Source of the DNA: a virus
Taxonomy: Duplodnaviria; Caudoviricetes
IMG/VR virus record: IMGVR_UViG_3300017747_002922
Coordinates: 13,918 to 77,917 of that record
Reading direction: 5' to 3' (one strand)
DNA length: 64,000 bases
Shown here: positions 54,816-63,034 of the stretch, one piece after another
How the letters are laid out: each line of letters opens with the position of its first letter
How positions within the stretch are numbered: the stretch's first letter is position 1
The notes under the pieces: generated by a model
Told to the model about the DNA's origin: nothing
What the model saw: only the letters and a program-made list of their open reading frames with translations
Database searches by the model: none
Translations under genes and position numbers: made by a program

Positions 54816-55169
54816 CTAACTCTCTTTCGGGGTGGCGTTCGCGGCCAACAATCGCGACCACTTGCCGCGGGTCTTCACCGACACGCCGATCCGCCGCGCC
54901 TCGTGGATTCGCTGACGGCTGACCCCGAGGACCGCTCGAAGCTCCTCGGTCGGCAGGGTGAGCAGGTCCGCGACGGGGACCAGGTCCGACCGCGCCGGCC
55001 GTCCGCGCCCCTCGATCGACGGGATCCCGCGAGCACGGCGCCACCGACCGACCACGGCCACGTCGAGGTCAACGCCGGTCGCCTTCTGCCACCACTCGAC
55101 GATCGCGGCGTCGGTCGAGATGCCGAGGTGGGGGAGGACTTCGGGCGGGCAGGTCGTGCGGGCGCTCAT
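54816..55169 (-). CDS. HTH protein with GRGRP (AT-hook-like) motif
   Basis: EELRAVLGVSRQRIHEARR. Confidence 0.65.
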   Translation of the reverse strand: MSARTTCPPEVLPHLGISTDAAIVEWWQKATGVDLDVAVVGRWRRARGIPSIEGRGRPARSDLVPVADLLTLPTEELRAVLGVSRQRIHEARRIGVSVKTRGKWSRLLAANATPKES

Positions 55170-55717
55170 CGCGTCACCTCGGCAGCGAGCATGGCGCGCA
55201 CGCGTTCGATCTCGTCGTCGGTGTGGATCGTACCGCCACGGTTGAGGCGCAGGTACAGGCGCAATCGGTCGGCGCGGGGGAGCGTCACGTACCAGACCTC
55301 GAAGTGCGGCCCCGTCAACCAGTAGCCGGTGACGTCAGCCTGATCACGGTCGGACAGGTCGCGCAGGTGGAGTGTCGACCCGTCGTAGAGTTCGGCGCCG
55401 ATCTCCCCCTTGAGCCACCGGTACACTGACCGGAGGCGCTGCTGCCCGTCGATCACCTCGTCGGGTTGCAGCGTCTTGGTGATGGGGAACCGGTTGACGA
55501 TCACGGGCTGAACGCGGCCGCCCTCGATGAAGTGCCCGACGAACTGCGCCGCCTGACGTTCGGTCCAGACGTATGCGCGTTGGTAGTCGGGTGCGAGGTT
55601 CAGTGCGCGGTCGGGGTTGGTTGATTCGATGCGGTCGATCAGGGACCGCATCATCAACGTCTCGGTGCCGCCGCTGCGGATCGGCTGGTAGATGCTTTCG
55701 ATTGACGGGCGGTTCAT
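55166..55717 (-). CDS. Stand-alone DUF262 (ParB-like, GmrSD N-terminal) domain protein
   Basis: PDYQRAYVW, EVIDGQQRL and LN.GGT motifs. Confidence 0.8.
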   Translation of the reverse strand: MNRPSIESIYQPIRSGGTETLMMRSLIDRIESTNPDRALNLAPDYQRAYVWTERQAAQFVGHFIEGGRVQPVIVNRFPITKTLQPDEVIDGQQRLRSVYRWLKGEIGAELYDGSTLHLRDLSDRDQADVTGYWLTGPHFEVWYVTLPRADRLRLYLRLNRGGTIHTDDEIERVRAMLAAEVTR

Positions 55718-55845
55718 CGCGACTCCATGGGGCGAACGTGAAGCGGGGGATGCACGGCCACGGTCGTCGCCCACCTTCGCGGACGACCACCACGTCTCCC
55801 ACGCGGGATCCTCGGGAGGGCCGGCGTAGTGTGCGTCGAGCCCCC

Positions 55846-56256
55846 TCACGCCGACACCCGCGCCGACCACCGAGCGGCGGCCTGCTCGTGGGCGTCCGCC
55901 TTGCGAGCGAACCCCGCCGCAGTGCGCAGGTCGGACGAGCGCCACCACGCGCGCTCCTCGTCGGTGTCGCCGATGGCTCTCTGCGCGGCCTCCAGACGCA
56001 CCGCCGCCGCGTCGCGCATCTCGCGGGCAGCACGGACATGGGGGCCGACCACGAGCGCGACCAGTGATGCGCGGAGGGGCACGGCGCGCACGGGGCAGAC
56101 CGTCGCGCGCATGTCGGCGGGGGTGACCCACGCGCGACCGGTCGGCCATGCGTCGTGCGGCCACGTCTCGCCGGACTCGATCGCGAAGTGCGCGCGGTCG
56201 TGCCCGTATTCGAGGGAGCAGGGGGCGCCGTTGCGGGTGGCGGTGCAGGTGTTCAC
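55846..56256 (-). CDS. Hypothetical protein
   Basis: GGAG RBS, GTG start; C..C..H..H N-terminus. Confidence 0.55.
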   Translation of the reverse strand: MNTCTATRNGAPCSLEYGHDRAHFAIESGETWPHDAWPTGRAWVTPADMRATVCPVRAVPLRASLVALVVGPHVRAAREMRDAAAVRLEAAQRAIGDTDEERAWWRSSDLRTAAGFARKADAHEQAAARWSARVSA

Positions 56257-56319
56257 GGGGGCTCCAGTGCCGGCCGGGCCGGCGGTGAATGGGGTTTAGG
56301 TTCTAAAGGACAGTGTCCT

Positions 56320-56730
56320 TTAGGCGGCGACTTGCCACGCGAATACGCCGGCCTTGTCGATCTTGGTCCAACCCGCCGGCACGGTGCCGAGGTAGTGGCG
56401 GTTCCACACCTTGACCGACACGCCGTCGATCTCGCCGATGGCCGGGCCCGCGTAGTTGCAACCGCCGTCGGTCGCGCGCCAAATCTTCTCGATCGTCCAC
56501 CAGTCGATCCGCGCCGTGCCGCGCACCAACTTCTCGGCGCGGTCAGCCGACACCTTCCACCCAAGGGCACGGGCGCCGCAGTCGCGGCCGTAGCGGACCT
56601 CGCCCACGCCGTCCCCATCGGCATCGTTCTCGGAAAGGACCATCGTGCACTTCAGGTCGGCCTTGCCGCAAAGTTCGCAGGTGGTCACTTCGTCGTCGAT
56701 TCCGAGGAGAGTGAATCGGCTGGTCATCAT
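56320..56730 (-). CDS. Zn-finger early protein
   Basis: TTCELCGKADLK...YGRDC; GGAG RBS. Confidence 0.7.
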   Translation of the reverse strand: MMTSRFTLLGIDDEVTTCELCGKADLKCTMVLSENDADGDGVGEVRYGRDCGARALGWKVSADRAEKLVRGTARIDWWTIEKIWRATDGGCNYAGPAIGEIDGVSVKVWNRHYLGTVPAGWTKIDKAGVFAWQVAA

Positions 56731-56769
56731 GGCTCCGTGGTTGGTCGCGGGCTTCGTCGCCCGCCCCTT

Positions 56770-56798
56770 CCTTTCACATGGCGTGGGGCGAGCGTCAA
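56770..56798 (-). promoter_or_regulatory. Early promoter (weak -10)
   Basis: AAATACTTAC-TTGACG; the -10 is poorly matched. Confidence 0.4.
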
Positions 56799-56830
56799 GT
56801 AAGTATTTAGCGTGACGTGGATAGCGGGCC

Positions 56831-57181
56831 TTAGACGAGGGTAAGGCGCGCGCCCTTCGGCATGGTGTCGCGGAGGTGGAGCCCGACCACCCGTCCGCCT
56901 TGGTCCTTCCGGGTGACGGCCTTGACCCGCGCACCCGCCGCTCGAAGCTCGTCACCGAGGACGACCAACGCCGCCGAGTGCGCCACGGGATCGCGGTTGT
57001 CGCGGATGCCGACCCAGAGCCCGCCGCCGTCGTGCTCGACGTAGGCCACGGCGTCAGGGCGCCCCGACGTGTCGAGCCAAGCCCGGACGGCGTGAGCGTC
57101 CGACACGCGCCACGGGGCGATCGGGGAACCGTCGAGAGCGGGGGCGGGCGTGGACCACTTGAAGGCGGCGAGGGTCTGCAT
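56831..57181 (-). CDS. Hypothetical protein
   Basis: GGAG RBS after a hairpin element. Confidence 0.65.
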   Translation of the reverse strand: MQTLAAFKWSTPAPALDGSPIAPWRVSDAHAVRAWLDTSGRPDAVAYVEHDGGGLWVGIRDNRDPVAHSAALVVLGDELRAAGARVKAVTRKDQGGRVVGLHLRDTMPKGARLTLV

Positions 57182-57254
57182 GGTTGACTCCGTGGGGGTG
57201 TGACGCCTCAAGCCCCGTGCCGGTGAGGGCTACGGGGCGGGCGGGGTGCGAGGG

Positions 57255-57449
57255 TCAGGCGATCTCTTTCTCGCAGGCGTCCACGATCTTGGTGTAGGTC
57301 GGCTGGACCTTCTTGGGCAACGCGCGAACGTGGGCGCGGGCGTTCTCGATGAAGTGCGCGGCGTACGGGCGATTCGCCTTGTGCTCGCGCGCGAAGTTCA
57401 TGGAGCGTTCGAGCATCATCGCGCGGTGGATCAGGTCAGAGGCGGTCAT
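57255..57449 (-). CDS. Hypothetical early protein
   Basis: AAGGAG RBS after the 57497-57525 promoter. Confidence 0.7.
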   Translation of the reverse strand: MTASDLIHRAMMLERSMNFAREHKANRPYAAHFIENARAHVRALPKKVQPTYTKIVDACEKEIA

Positions 57450-57496
57450 CGTGGACTCCTTCGTTGTCGTCGGCTTCAGTGCCGCCCGACATGAAC

Positions 57497-57525
57497 AAGA
57501 TACCGTGGCGCCTATTCGGTGTCAA
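57497..57525 (-). promoter_or_regulatory. Early promoter, class B
   Basis: TTGACA-N17-TATCTT. Confidence 0.8.
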
Positions 57526-57534
57526 CAAAGTATT

Positions 57535-57711
57535 TCACACTCGCTTGAAACCGGCTTTGCGCGCCAGCCATTCGGACCTCGACACCTGGCCGCGGTCGGC
57601 GTCCATGATCGCGGCCTCGTCCGGGGTCAGGCGGACGGTGACGTCGACGGTTCGGACGGCGTCACCTTTCGGGGGGCGGCCGGGGCCACGGCGGGGAGTG
57701 TCGGCGGTCAC
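57535..57711 (-). CDS. AT-hook plus ribbon-helix-helix protein
   Basis: RGPGRPPK..VTVRLTPDEAAIMD..SRSEWL. Confidence 0.65.
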   Translation of the reverse strand: MTADTPRRGPGRPPKGDAVRTVDVTVRLTPDEAAIMDADRGQVSRSEWLARKAGFKRV

Positions 57712-57986
57712 GGGGTCACCCGCGCAGAGTGAGGGGACACGCGAGCGTCGCCACCCATGGGGCCGCCGATGACGCTGCACACCTCGCCGACCTCGGCACG
57801 GCAGCGGGGGCACGGGCGGGACAGCCACTCGGGCAACACGGGCGGTGTGCCAGACTCGGGCCCGGCGCAGTCGCCGCCTTCGAGGGTGAATGACCACCAC
57901 TCGGGCACGGTCTGAACGGAGGCGCCGGCAAGGGGGCGGCCGGGGATGCCGGTGAGGTGTTCGCAGTCGTCGTTATCGGGGTGCAT
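57708..57986 (-). CDS. Zn-finger hypothetical protein
   Basis: CPRCRA..GEVC...PHSAR; GGAG RBS. Confidence 0.6.
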   Translation of the reverse strand: MHPDNDDCEHLTGIPGRPLAGASVQTVPEWWSFTLEGGDCAGPESGTPPVLPEWLSRPCPRCRAEVGEVCSVIGGPMGGDARVSPHSARVTP

Positions 57987-58042
57987 GGTTGTTCTCCAGT
58001 GGTGAACCCGCGCCCCCGGAGAGGCGCGGGTGTGGGGGTGGT

Positions 58043-58591
58043 TCAGGCGGCGCGAGCGGCCTTGAATGCGGCGGCGTACGCCTCATAGACAGGCTTGATC
58101 GTGGCGTACATCGTGCCGGCGGACTCGAACGTGTAGGCGACCTCAACCGCGGTCGGGTCAAGGGTCAGGCCGGCGGGCAACACGAGGTCTGCGACGTCGA
58201 CGATCTCACGCTTGATCGTGCGTTCGGTGCCGTTCGAGCGGAGCACCACGTCAACCTCGCGCGGGGTGACGCCTGCGCGCACGGGGTAGTATGTGCCGAG
58301 CGTCTTGTGGACGTCGTCCGCCTGACCATACCGCGCCTTCATGTCGTCGCGGGTCGAGACGTGCGAACCGATCCGGCTGCACATCGTGCCGCCCGTGATG
58401 GTGCCGCTCATCTGCGCGTAGATGGAGTGGCCGCAGGAGGGCAGGCCGTCGCGCCAGTCCACGTAGGCAACGACCGTGTAGGTCCCGGCGGGCACGGTGG
58501 TGACCTTCTCCCACGCGGCGCATTCGTAGTGCTGGACGACGTCGACAGGGCCGGTGGTGGTGAGAGTGCCGATCGTGAGGAGGGTAGACAT
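58043..58591 (-). CDS. Hypothetical early protein
   Basis: GGAG RBS after the 58637-58665 promoter. Confidence 0.7.
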   Translation of the reverse strand: MSTLLTIGTLTTTGPVDVVQHYECAAWEKVTTVPAGTYTVVAYVDWRDGLPSCGHSIYAQMSGTITGGTMCSRIGSHVSTRDDMKARYGQADDVHKTLGTYYPVRAGVTPREVDVVLRSNGTERTIKREIVDVADLVLPAGLTLDPTAVEVAYTFESAGTMYATIKPVYEAYAAAFKAARAA

Positions 58592-58636
58592 CGTGGGCTC
58601 CAGTGTGCCGGCGGGTGAATCTCGCCCGGCACCAGT

Positions 58637-58665
58637 CTATTACCGTGGCACTAAACAAGCGTCAA
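58637..58665 (-). promoter_or_regulatory. Early promoter, class B
   Basis: TATTTCC-TTGACG-N17-TAATAG. Confidence 0.75.
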
Positions 58666-58682
58666 GGAAATAGTTAGGGCTA

Positions 58683-58994
58683 TCAGAAGATGCGGCAGGC
58701 GACGTGCTCAATCACGACCTGCACCCGGACCTCGCGCGTCGGGAAGTCTGCGAGCGCGATCCCGCAACCGCCGCACCGTTGCCCGATGTCGCACGCGCGG
58801 TCGGTCTCGATGTCCGAGGCCGACACCGTCGAGCGCACCGGGTAGCGCCCGACCGTCTCCGGGTAGGGGCCGTGCCCCCGCCCGTGTCCGCGGCCATGCT
58901 CGTCGCAGTCGGCGCAGTACATGTACCCGAGGCGATCGACCATGGAGGGCCGGACCACGAAGGGGCGGTCCTCGATCGTCAGGGTGGCGCTCAC
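58683..58994 (-). CDS. CxxC...CxxC hypothetical protein
   Basis: YCADC and CGGCG; GTGA-coupled. Confidence 0.55.
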   Translation of the reverse strand: MSATLTIEDRPFVVRPSMVDRLGYMYCADCDEHGRGHGRGHGPYPETVGRYPVRSTVSASDIETDRACDIGQRCGGCGIALADFPTREVRVQVVIEHVACRIF

Positions 58995-59194
58995 GCACAC
59001 ACCGAGCACTTGACCGTGCCATCCCAGACGATCCGCCATGATTGCAGCATGTAGGAGCAACCACGCCCGCAGAGGCGGTCAGCGCACTTGGCGCAGATCG
59101 TGTGCTCGCCGTCGGTCCATCCGGCGAGGGCGTGACTTGTTGCGGCCGGCGGGGGCGCGTGCTCGATCGCTGACCGGATCGTGTCGATGTTCAT
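58991..59194 (-). CDS. Small Zn-binding protein
   Basis: ICAKC..CSVC; GGAG RBS after a hairpin element. Confidence 0.65.
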   Translation of the reverse strand: MNIDTIRSAIEHAPPPAATSHALAGWTDGEHTICAKCADRLCGRGCSYMLQSWRIVWDGTVKCSVCA

Positions 59195-59269
59195 GCTGGA
59201 CTCCGAGGGTTGTACGCCGTCGAGCCCGCCCCGTTGCCGGGTGCGGGCCATGGGGGCGGACGGTGCCGG

Positions 59270-59581
59270 CTACGTGAGGGCGCCGATGGTCGCACGGGCG
59301 GACTGGATGCGGGCATACGCTTCGTTGGCGCCCATGCAGCAGTCATCGGCCGCGTGCGAGTAGGCGCGTTCAGCGTCGCGGGCGATGCGCTCCGCTTCTT
59401 CGTAAGCGACCTGCGCGGCCTTCAGCGCGGACAGGGCGGCAGCGCGGGCGGTGTCCGCCTCACGGGCCACGAGGTCGAGCGCGTCACGGCGGGCGATGTT
59501 CGCCATGCGCGCGGCGGTCAACTGCTCGTTGTCCATGCATGCGAACATGTGGGCGGCGGCGTCGAAGTTGTAGGCGGACAT
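59270..59581 (-). CDS. Coiled-coil early protein
   Basis: GGAG RBS after the 59627-59655 promoter. Confidence 0.7.
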   Translation of the reverse strand: MSAYNFDAAAHMFACMDNEQLTAARMANIARRDALDLVAREADTARAAALSALKAAQVAYEEAERIARDAERAYSHAADDCCMGANEAYARIQSARATIGALT

Positions 59582-59626
59582 CGGTAGGCTCCAAGGTGAG
59601 GCGCCGGGTTCGTTCCCGACAAACAA

Positions 59627-59655
59627 CCATTAGCGCCCCGCCTATACAGCGTCAA
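59627..59655 (-). promoter_or_regulatory. Early promoter, class B
   Basis: TTCC-TTGACG-N17-TAATGG. Confidence 0.75.
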
Positions 59656-60186
59656 GGAACATTCTCACACTCTCCGGCGCCGGCACCAACCTCCCCCGCG
59701 GGAACGTCGGTGGATCCGGCGCAACTGGCGATGAGACTCGCGCGCCACTCTCGGCACGGCGCACACGTCTCGACGTGCACCGGGTTTCCGCCGCCGCCGT
59801 GGGAGACGTGCTCGATCCACCGTCCGCGGCAGTCTGGCGCGCACCCAGATGGGCACCGGCACGACCTGGTCCGCGGCACGACGGGGGATCGGCGCGCACG
59901 CGGTGAGGGTGTACGGGAGGGCGACGCGGGGCACATCGATCGGGGGGAGGTGAGGGGGGATCCGCGGCGGGTGGGGTGAGCGTGTCGACGCCGTCAAGGT
60001 TGAGGGACGAGAGCAGGTGAGGGACGCTGCACGACCACTGCGACCACGAGGGCCGACCTCGCTACGGGGTCACGTCCGTCCACATGTAGCAACGCCCGTG
60101 CCGAAGTGAACGCGTTCAGGTGGACCGTCGCCTCTCCCTGCAACGCCTCGACCTATCTCAACCCCCCAGAGCAGAAGTCCGCGCGA

Positions 60187-60216
60187 GGGATACCGTACAT
60201 TTTAGCCGTTTGTCAA
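60187..60216 (-). promoter_or_regulatory. Promoter reading into a region without a clear ORF
   Basis: CC-TTGACA-N18-TATCCC; CGG precedes the -10 as in class B. Confidence 0.5.
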
Positions 60217-60363
60217 GGCCAGTCGCGACGACGGCGATTCATGACGGTTCGTCGGGCGCAATCGGCCGATGTTTTTTCTCGCGAACACCTTAGCGCGGAC
60301 ATGCGACGCGGGGCGCGGGGCGGGCCTGTAGGTTGAACGCCGATAGTCGCCGCCGCGCTTCCG

Positions 60364-60642
60364 TTAGTTCGTGATGCACGATTGCTCGGTGACCTTTCGT
60401 GACAACTCGGCGGCATGTGCGCGCAGGGTTTCGAGAGGCCCGTCTGGACAGTGGACCCCGTACCAGTACCGCTTCAGCCGCTCGTGTGGCAGGCCGATGC
60501 GCGCGCCGAGGGCCCGCCACGCCGCACGCCGCACGCGCCCCTTGTGGCGATTGTTGAACGCGTTCACGGGGAGGAGCCAGAGGAGGAGTGCGCGGACTTC
60601 GAGGGCCCGCTCTACTTCTTGTCGGTCGGTCAACATGTACAC
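60364..60642 (-). CDS. Hypothetical basic protein (possible HTH)
   Basis: WRALGARIGLPHERLKRYWY. Confidence 0.5.
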   Translation of the reverse strand: MYMLTDRQEVERALEVRALLLWLLPVNAFNNRHKGRVRRAAWRALGARIGLPHERLKRYWYGVHCPDGPLETLRAHAAELSRKVTEQSCITN

Positions 60643-60731
60643 CTCGAACGCAGCATATCACGGATCGAGTCGCGACCAGGGCGGACAACCGGCCCCAAAG
60701 TGGCTACCCTTGACCGCGAGGAACCGCCACA

Positions 60732-61202
60732 ATGCCGCCCCCCACCACTGGACTCGCAGCCAAGTTGATCGCCGAAGCCGGCAAGGGCTACCCCTTGCGC
60801 CTCGTTGCCCGTCTCGCCCGCATCCGGCCCCACGACCTGGCCGCATGGGTCAAGGAGGGGGACGCCGACGACGCCACACCCGAGGCGCAACGGTTCACGC
60901 GCGACTGGCACGAGGCGCAGTGCCGGTTCCTCGCGGGGCAACATGACGCCGTCGCCGAGTCGGGCGCCACCGGCCGCGATGAACCCAACGCCGGGGCTCG
61001 CCTGGCCTTGCTCGAACGGTTGGCCCCCGACGAGTACGCGCGCCGCGCTCCCTCGGGAGAGGCGCCCCCGGCCCCCTCGGGAGTGCCCGCCGCGGTGGCC
61101 GCCCTCCCGCCCGAAGCTCGCGCCGAACTGAAAGCCGTGATGGACAAGCGCCGCGGTGCTCAACAGGCAGACGTCAGCCTACCCAGCACGAAGACCATGT
61201 AG
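60732..61202 (+). CDS. Terminase small subunit-like HTH protein
   Basis: VARLARI...LAAWVKEG...F...A...ALLERLAPDEY resembles TerS-like W.LER..P.EW proteins. Confidence 0.6.
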   Translation: MPPPTTGLAAKLIAEAGKGYPLRLVARLARIRPHDLAAWVKEGDADDATPEAQRFTRDWHEAQCRFLAGQHDAVAESGATGRDEPNAGARLALLERLAPDEYARRAPSGEAPPAPSGVPAAVAALPPEARAELKAVMDKRRGAQQADVSLPSTKTM

Positions 61203-61235
61203 AACGCCGCGATTCAACGACGTTCAAGTATTTCC

Positions 61236-61264
61236 TTGACGGTGGATTAGCGCCATGGCATATT
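61236..61264 (+). promoter_or_regulatory. Early promoter, class B (rightward)
   Basis: TATTTCC-TTGACG-N17-CATATT. Confidence 0.75.
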
Positions 61265-61311
61265 GATTGTGCGGGGCGGCAATCAAGCGGCCCCCACGAA
61301 AGGAGCCCACC

Positions 61312-61599
61312 GTGAACCGCACCATCACCGTCACCCGCCCCCGCGAACGTGCTCCCCTCTTCGTCCTGCCCACCCGCACCGGCGTGGTCGACGTCGACAT
61401 CCGCGACCACGACGGCACCTTCCTTTGCGCCGCCAACAAGCACGCGTTCACCGCCGGTGGCGCCGTGTTCGTCGAGGTCGCTACCACCCACTACGCCGTC
61501 TACGTCGAGAACGACCGCCCCAGCGTGCGCCTCCACTGGGGCGACCTTGCCGCCATGCGCATCAACAACACCGCCCGCTACTGGCTCGGTGTCGCATGA
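61312..61599 (+). CDS. Hypothetical early protein
   Basis: AAGGAG RBS, GTG start. Confidence 0.7.
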   Translation: MNRTITVTRPRERAPLFVLPTRTGVVDVDIRDHDGTFLCAANKHAFTAGGAVFVEVATTHYAVYVENDRPSVRLHWGDLAAMRINNTARYWLGVA

Positions 61600-61742
61600 T
61601 CTCCGACCTCCGCAAGATCGCCCTCGTCCACCACTTCCGCCGCGCGTACGCCGCGACCCAGACCGACGAAGCCCGCCGCCGCCTGTTCGACGCGGAGTCC
61701 AGTGCCATCGTCGCCGGTCTGGAAATCTCCCGCACGGTCTAA
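61596..61742 (+). CDS. Small hypothetical protein
   Basis: ATGA overlap. Confidence 0.5.
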   Translation: MISDLRKIALVHHFRRAYAATQTDEARRRLFDAESSAIVAGLEISRTV

Positions 61743-61824
61743 CGGCCCCCCACCCCCACGCCGCCCCGCACCCTGCAAAGGGCCGGGGCTTGTGGGCGTG
61801 CAACCCCTGACCCTTGGAGTCCAC

Positions 61825-62178
61825 ATGTTCGCCACCCCCACGATCCTCCCCGTCGACCTGTTCCCCACCCGCTACGAGGCGTTCGACCATCCCGGCGTGT
61901 GGTGCGTGTTCACCCCCGCCGAGGATGGCACCTTCTGGCACTGTCGCCGCGATGGTGCGCGCTCGAACGTCCGTGACTTCGTGGCCCCCGCGGCCACGGA
62001 GTTGGCGGTCTACCACGACCCCGAGACGAACCGCTACGCCGAGGTGTCCGCGCGGAAGTCCGGCGTCATGGTCGACTGCTGGCGCGGCCAGAACGGCGGC
62101 GACGTACGGGCCCACATCATGGCCGCCGACGTGACCGAAGCGATCCGCCTCGCGAACGAGTGGTTCGCCGCGAACTGA
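61825..62178 (+). CDS. Hypothetical protein
   Basis: GGAG RBS after a hairpin element. Confidence 0.7.
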   Translation: MFATPTILPVDLFPTRYEAFDHPGVWCVFTPAEDGTFWHCRRDGARSNVRDFVAPAATELAVYHDPETNRYAEVSARKSGVMVDCWRGQNGGDVRAHIMAADVTEAIRLANEWFAAN

Positions 62179-62234
62179 ACCCCACCCCGCCCGGGTCCGA
62201 CCCCCGGCCACCATCACCCCCCTTGGAGTCTACC

Positions 62235-62511
62235 ATGTCCCTCGTTCTGCTCTCCCTCGCGCTGTTCGGCACCGCTCAACTCCTCGCCGCGTTTGTGGTG
62301 GCCCGATGAGCGCGCCCCTCGGCTACCCGACCTCGTGCCTGTCGGCCTACTGCGGGAAGATCGACTGCACTGGATGCCGGTTCCTGCCCGCCCTCAACGC
62401 GTACAAGGCGAGGCAGGCGAAGAAGTGACCCCCGCGCAGGTCACCGCCGCACTTGCCGCGTTGCAGGCGGCGATCGAGCGGCAACGATGGCGCCGAGTGC
62501 GGGCGAGGTAG
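62235..62511 (+). other. Three coupled micro-ORFs: 62235-62309 (24-aa hydrophobic), 62306-62428 (40-aa Cys-rich), 62425-62511 (28 aa)
   Basis: GGAG RBS before 62235; consecutive ATGA/GTGA overlaps. Confidence 0.45.
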
Positions 62512-62551
62512 AGAGAGGGCCGGCATCCGAGAGGGTGTCGGCCCTTCGCGT

Positions 62552-63034
62552 TTAGCGGCGCGACACCGCGTCACGGGAGATGGGCGCCACGATGCCGCGC
62601 TCCCGCCTCCAGAGGGTGACTCGTCCGCGCTCCACGCGACACGCCCGCGCGAGGTCGACGTCAGTCAGCGTGCCCAGCCGCTCCTCGATGTGGGGCGGGC
62701 AGAGGTCCGTCGGGGCGGTGACGTGCCCGCGCACCTCGTGCCACTGGCGCATGATCTGCGGCGCCCGCGAGGTCCCCCGCTCCCATCGGTCGCGGGTGTT
62801 GTCGAGGGCTCGACCTGCGATGAGGTGCGCGAGGTTGACGCACTCCTGGTTGTCGCAGATGTGCCGCACCACGTTGCGGACGTGGTCAATCCGCGGGACG
62901 AAGGCGCGTACCCTCTTCGCGTTCGGGGGGTACAGGAGTTGATGATCCTGCCGGATCGGGATGTAGCAGGGCGTCGACATGTGGGGCATGGTCGGCCCGT
63001 CGAGGTCGATCCGGACGATCGGGTTACGTGACAT
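62552..63034 (-). CDS. HNH endonuclease with C-terminal HTH
   Basis: VVRHICDN..CVN.AHL..G...DN.RD; LTDVDLARACRV.R.RV..WRR. Confidence 0.85.
   Translation of the reverse strand: MSRNPIVRIDLDGPTMPHMSTPCYIPIRQDHQLLYPPNAKRVRAFVPRIDHVRNVVRHICDNQECVNLAHLIAGRALDNTRDRWERGTSRAPQIMRQWHEVRGHVTAPTDLCPPHIEERLGTLTDVDLARACRVERGRVTLWRRERGIVAPISRDAVSRR

Noticed and set aside
55166-55717. ParB partition protein indicating a plasmid prophage
   Set aside because: Motifs fit DUF262, with no HTH/dimerisation domain, no parA and no parS-like repeats nearby.
59652-59997. CDS in either of two overlapping minus-strand frames (59652-59936 or 59665-59997)
   Set aside because: Neither has a clear RBS or consistent codon bias; I could not choose a frame.
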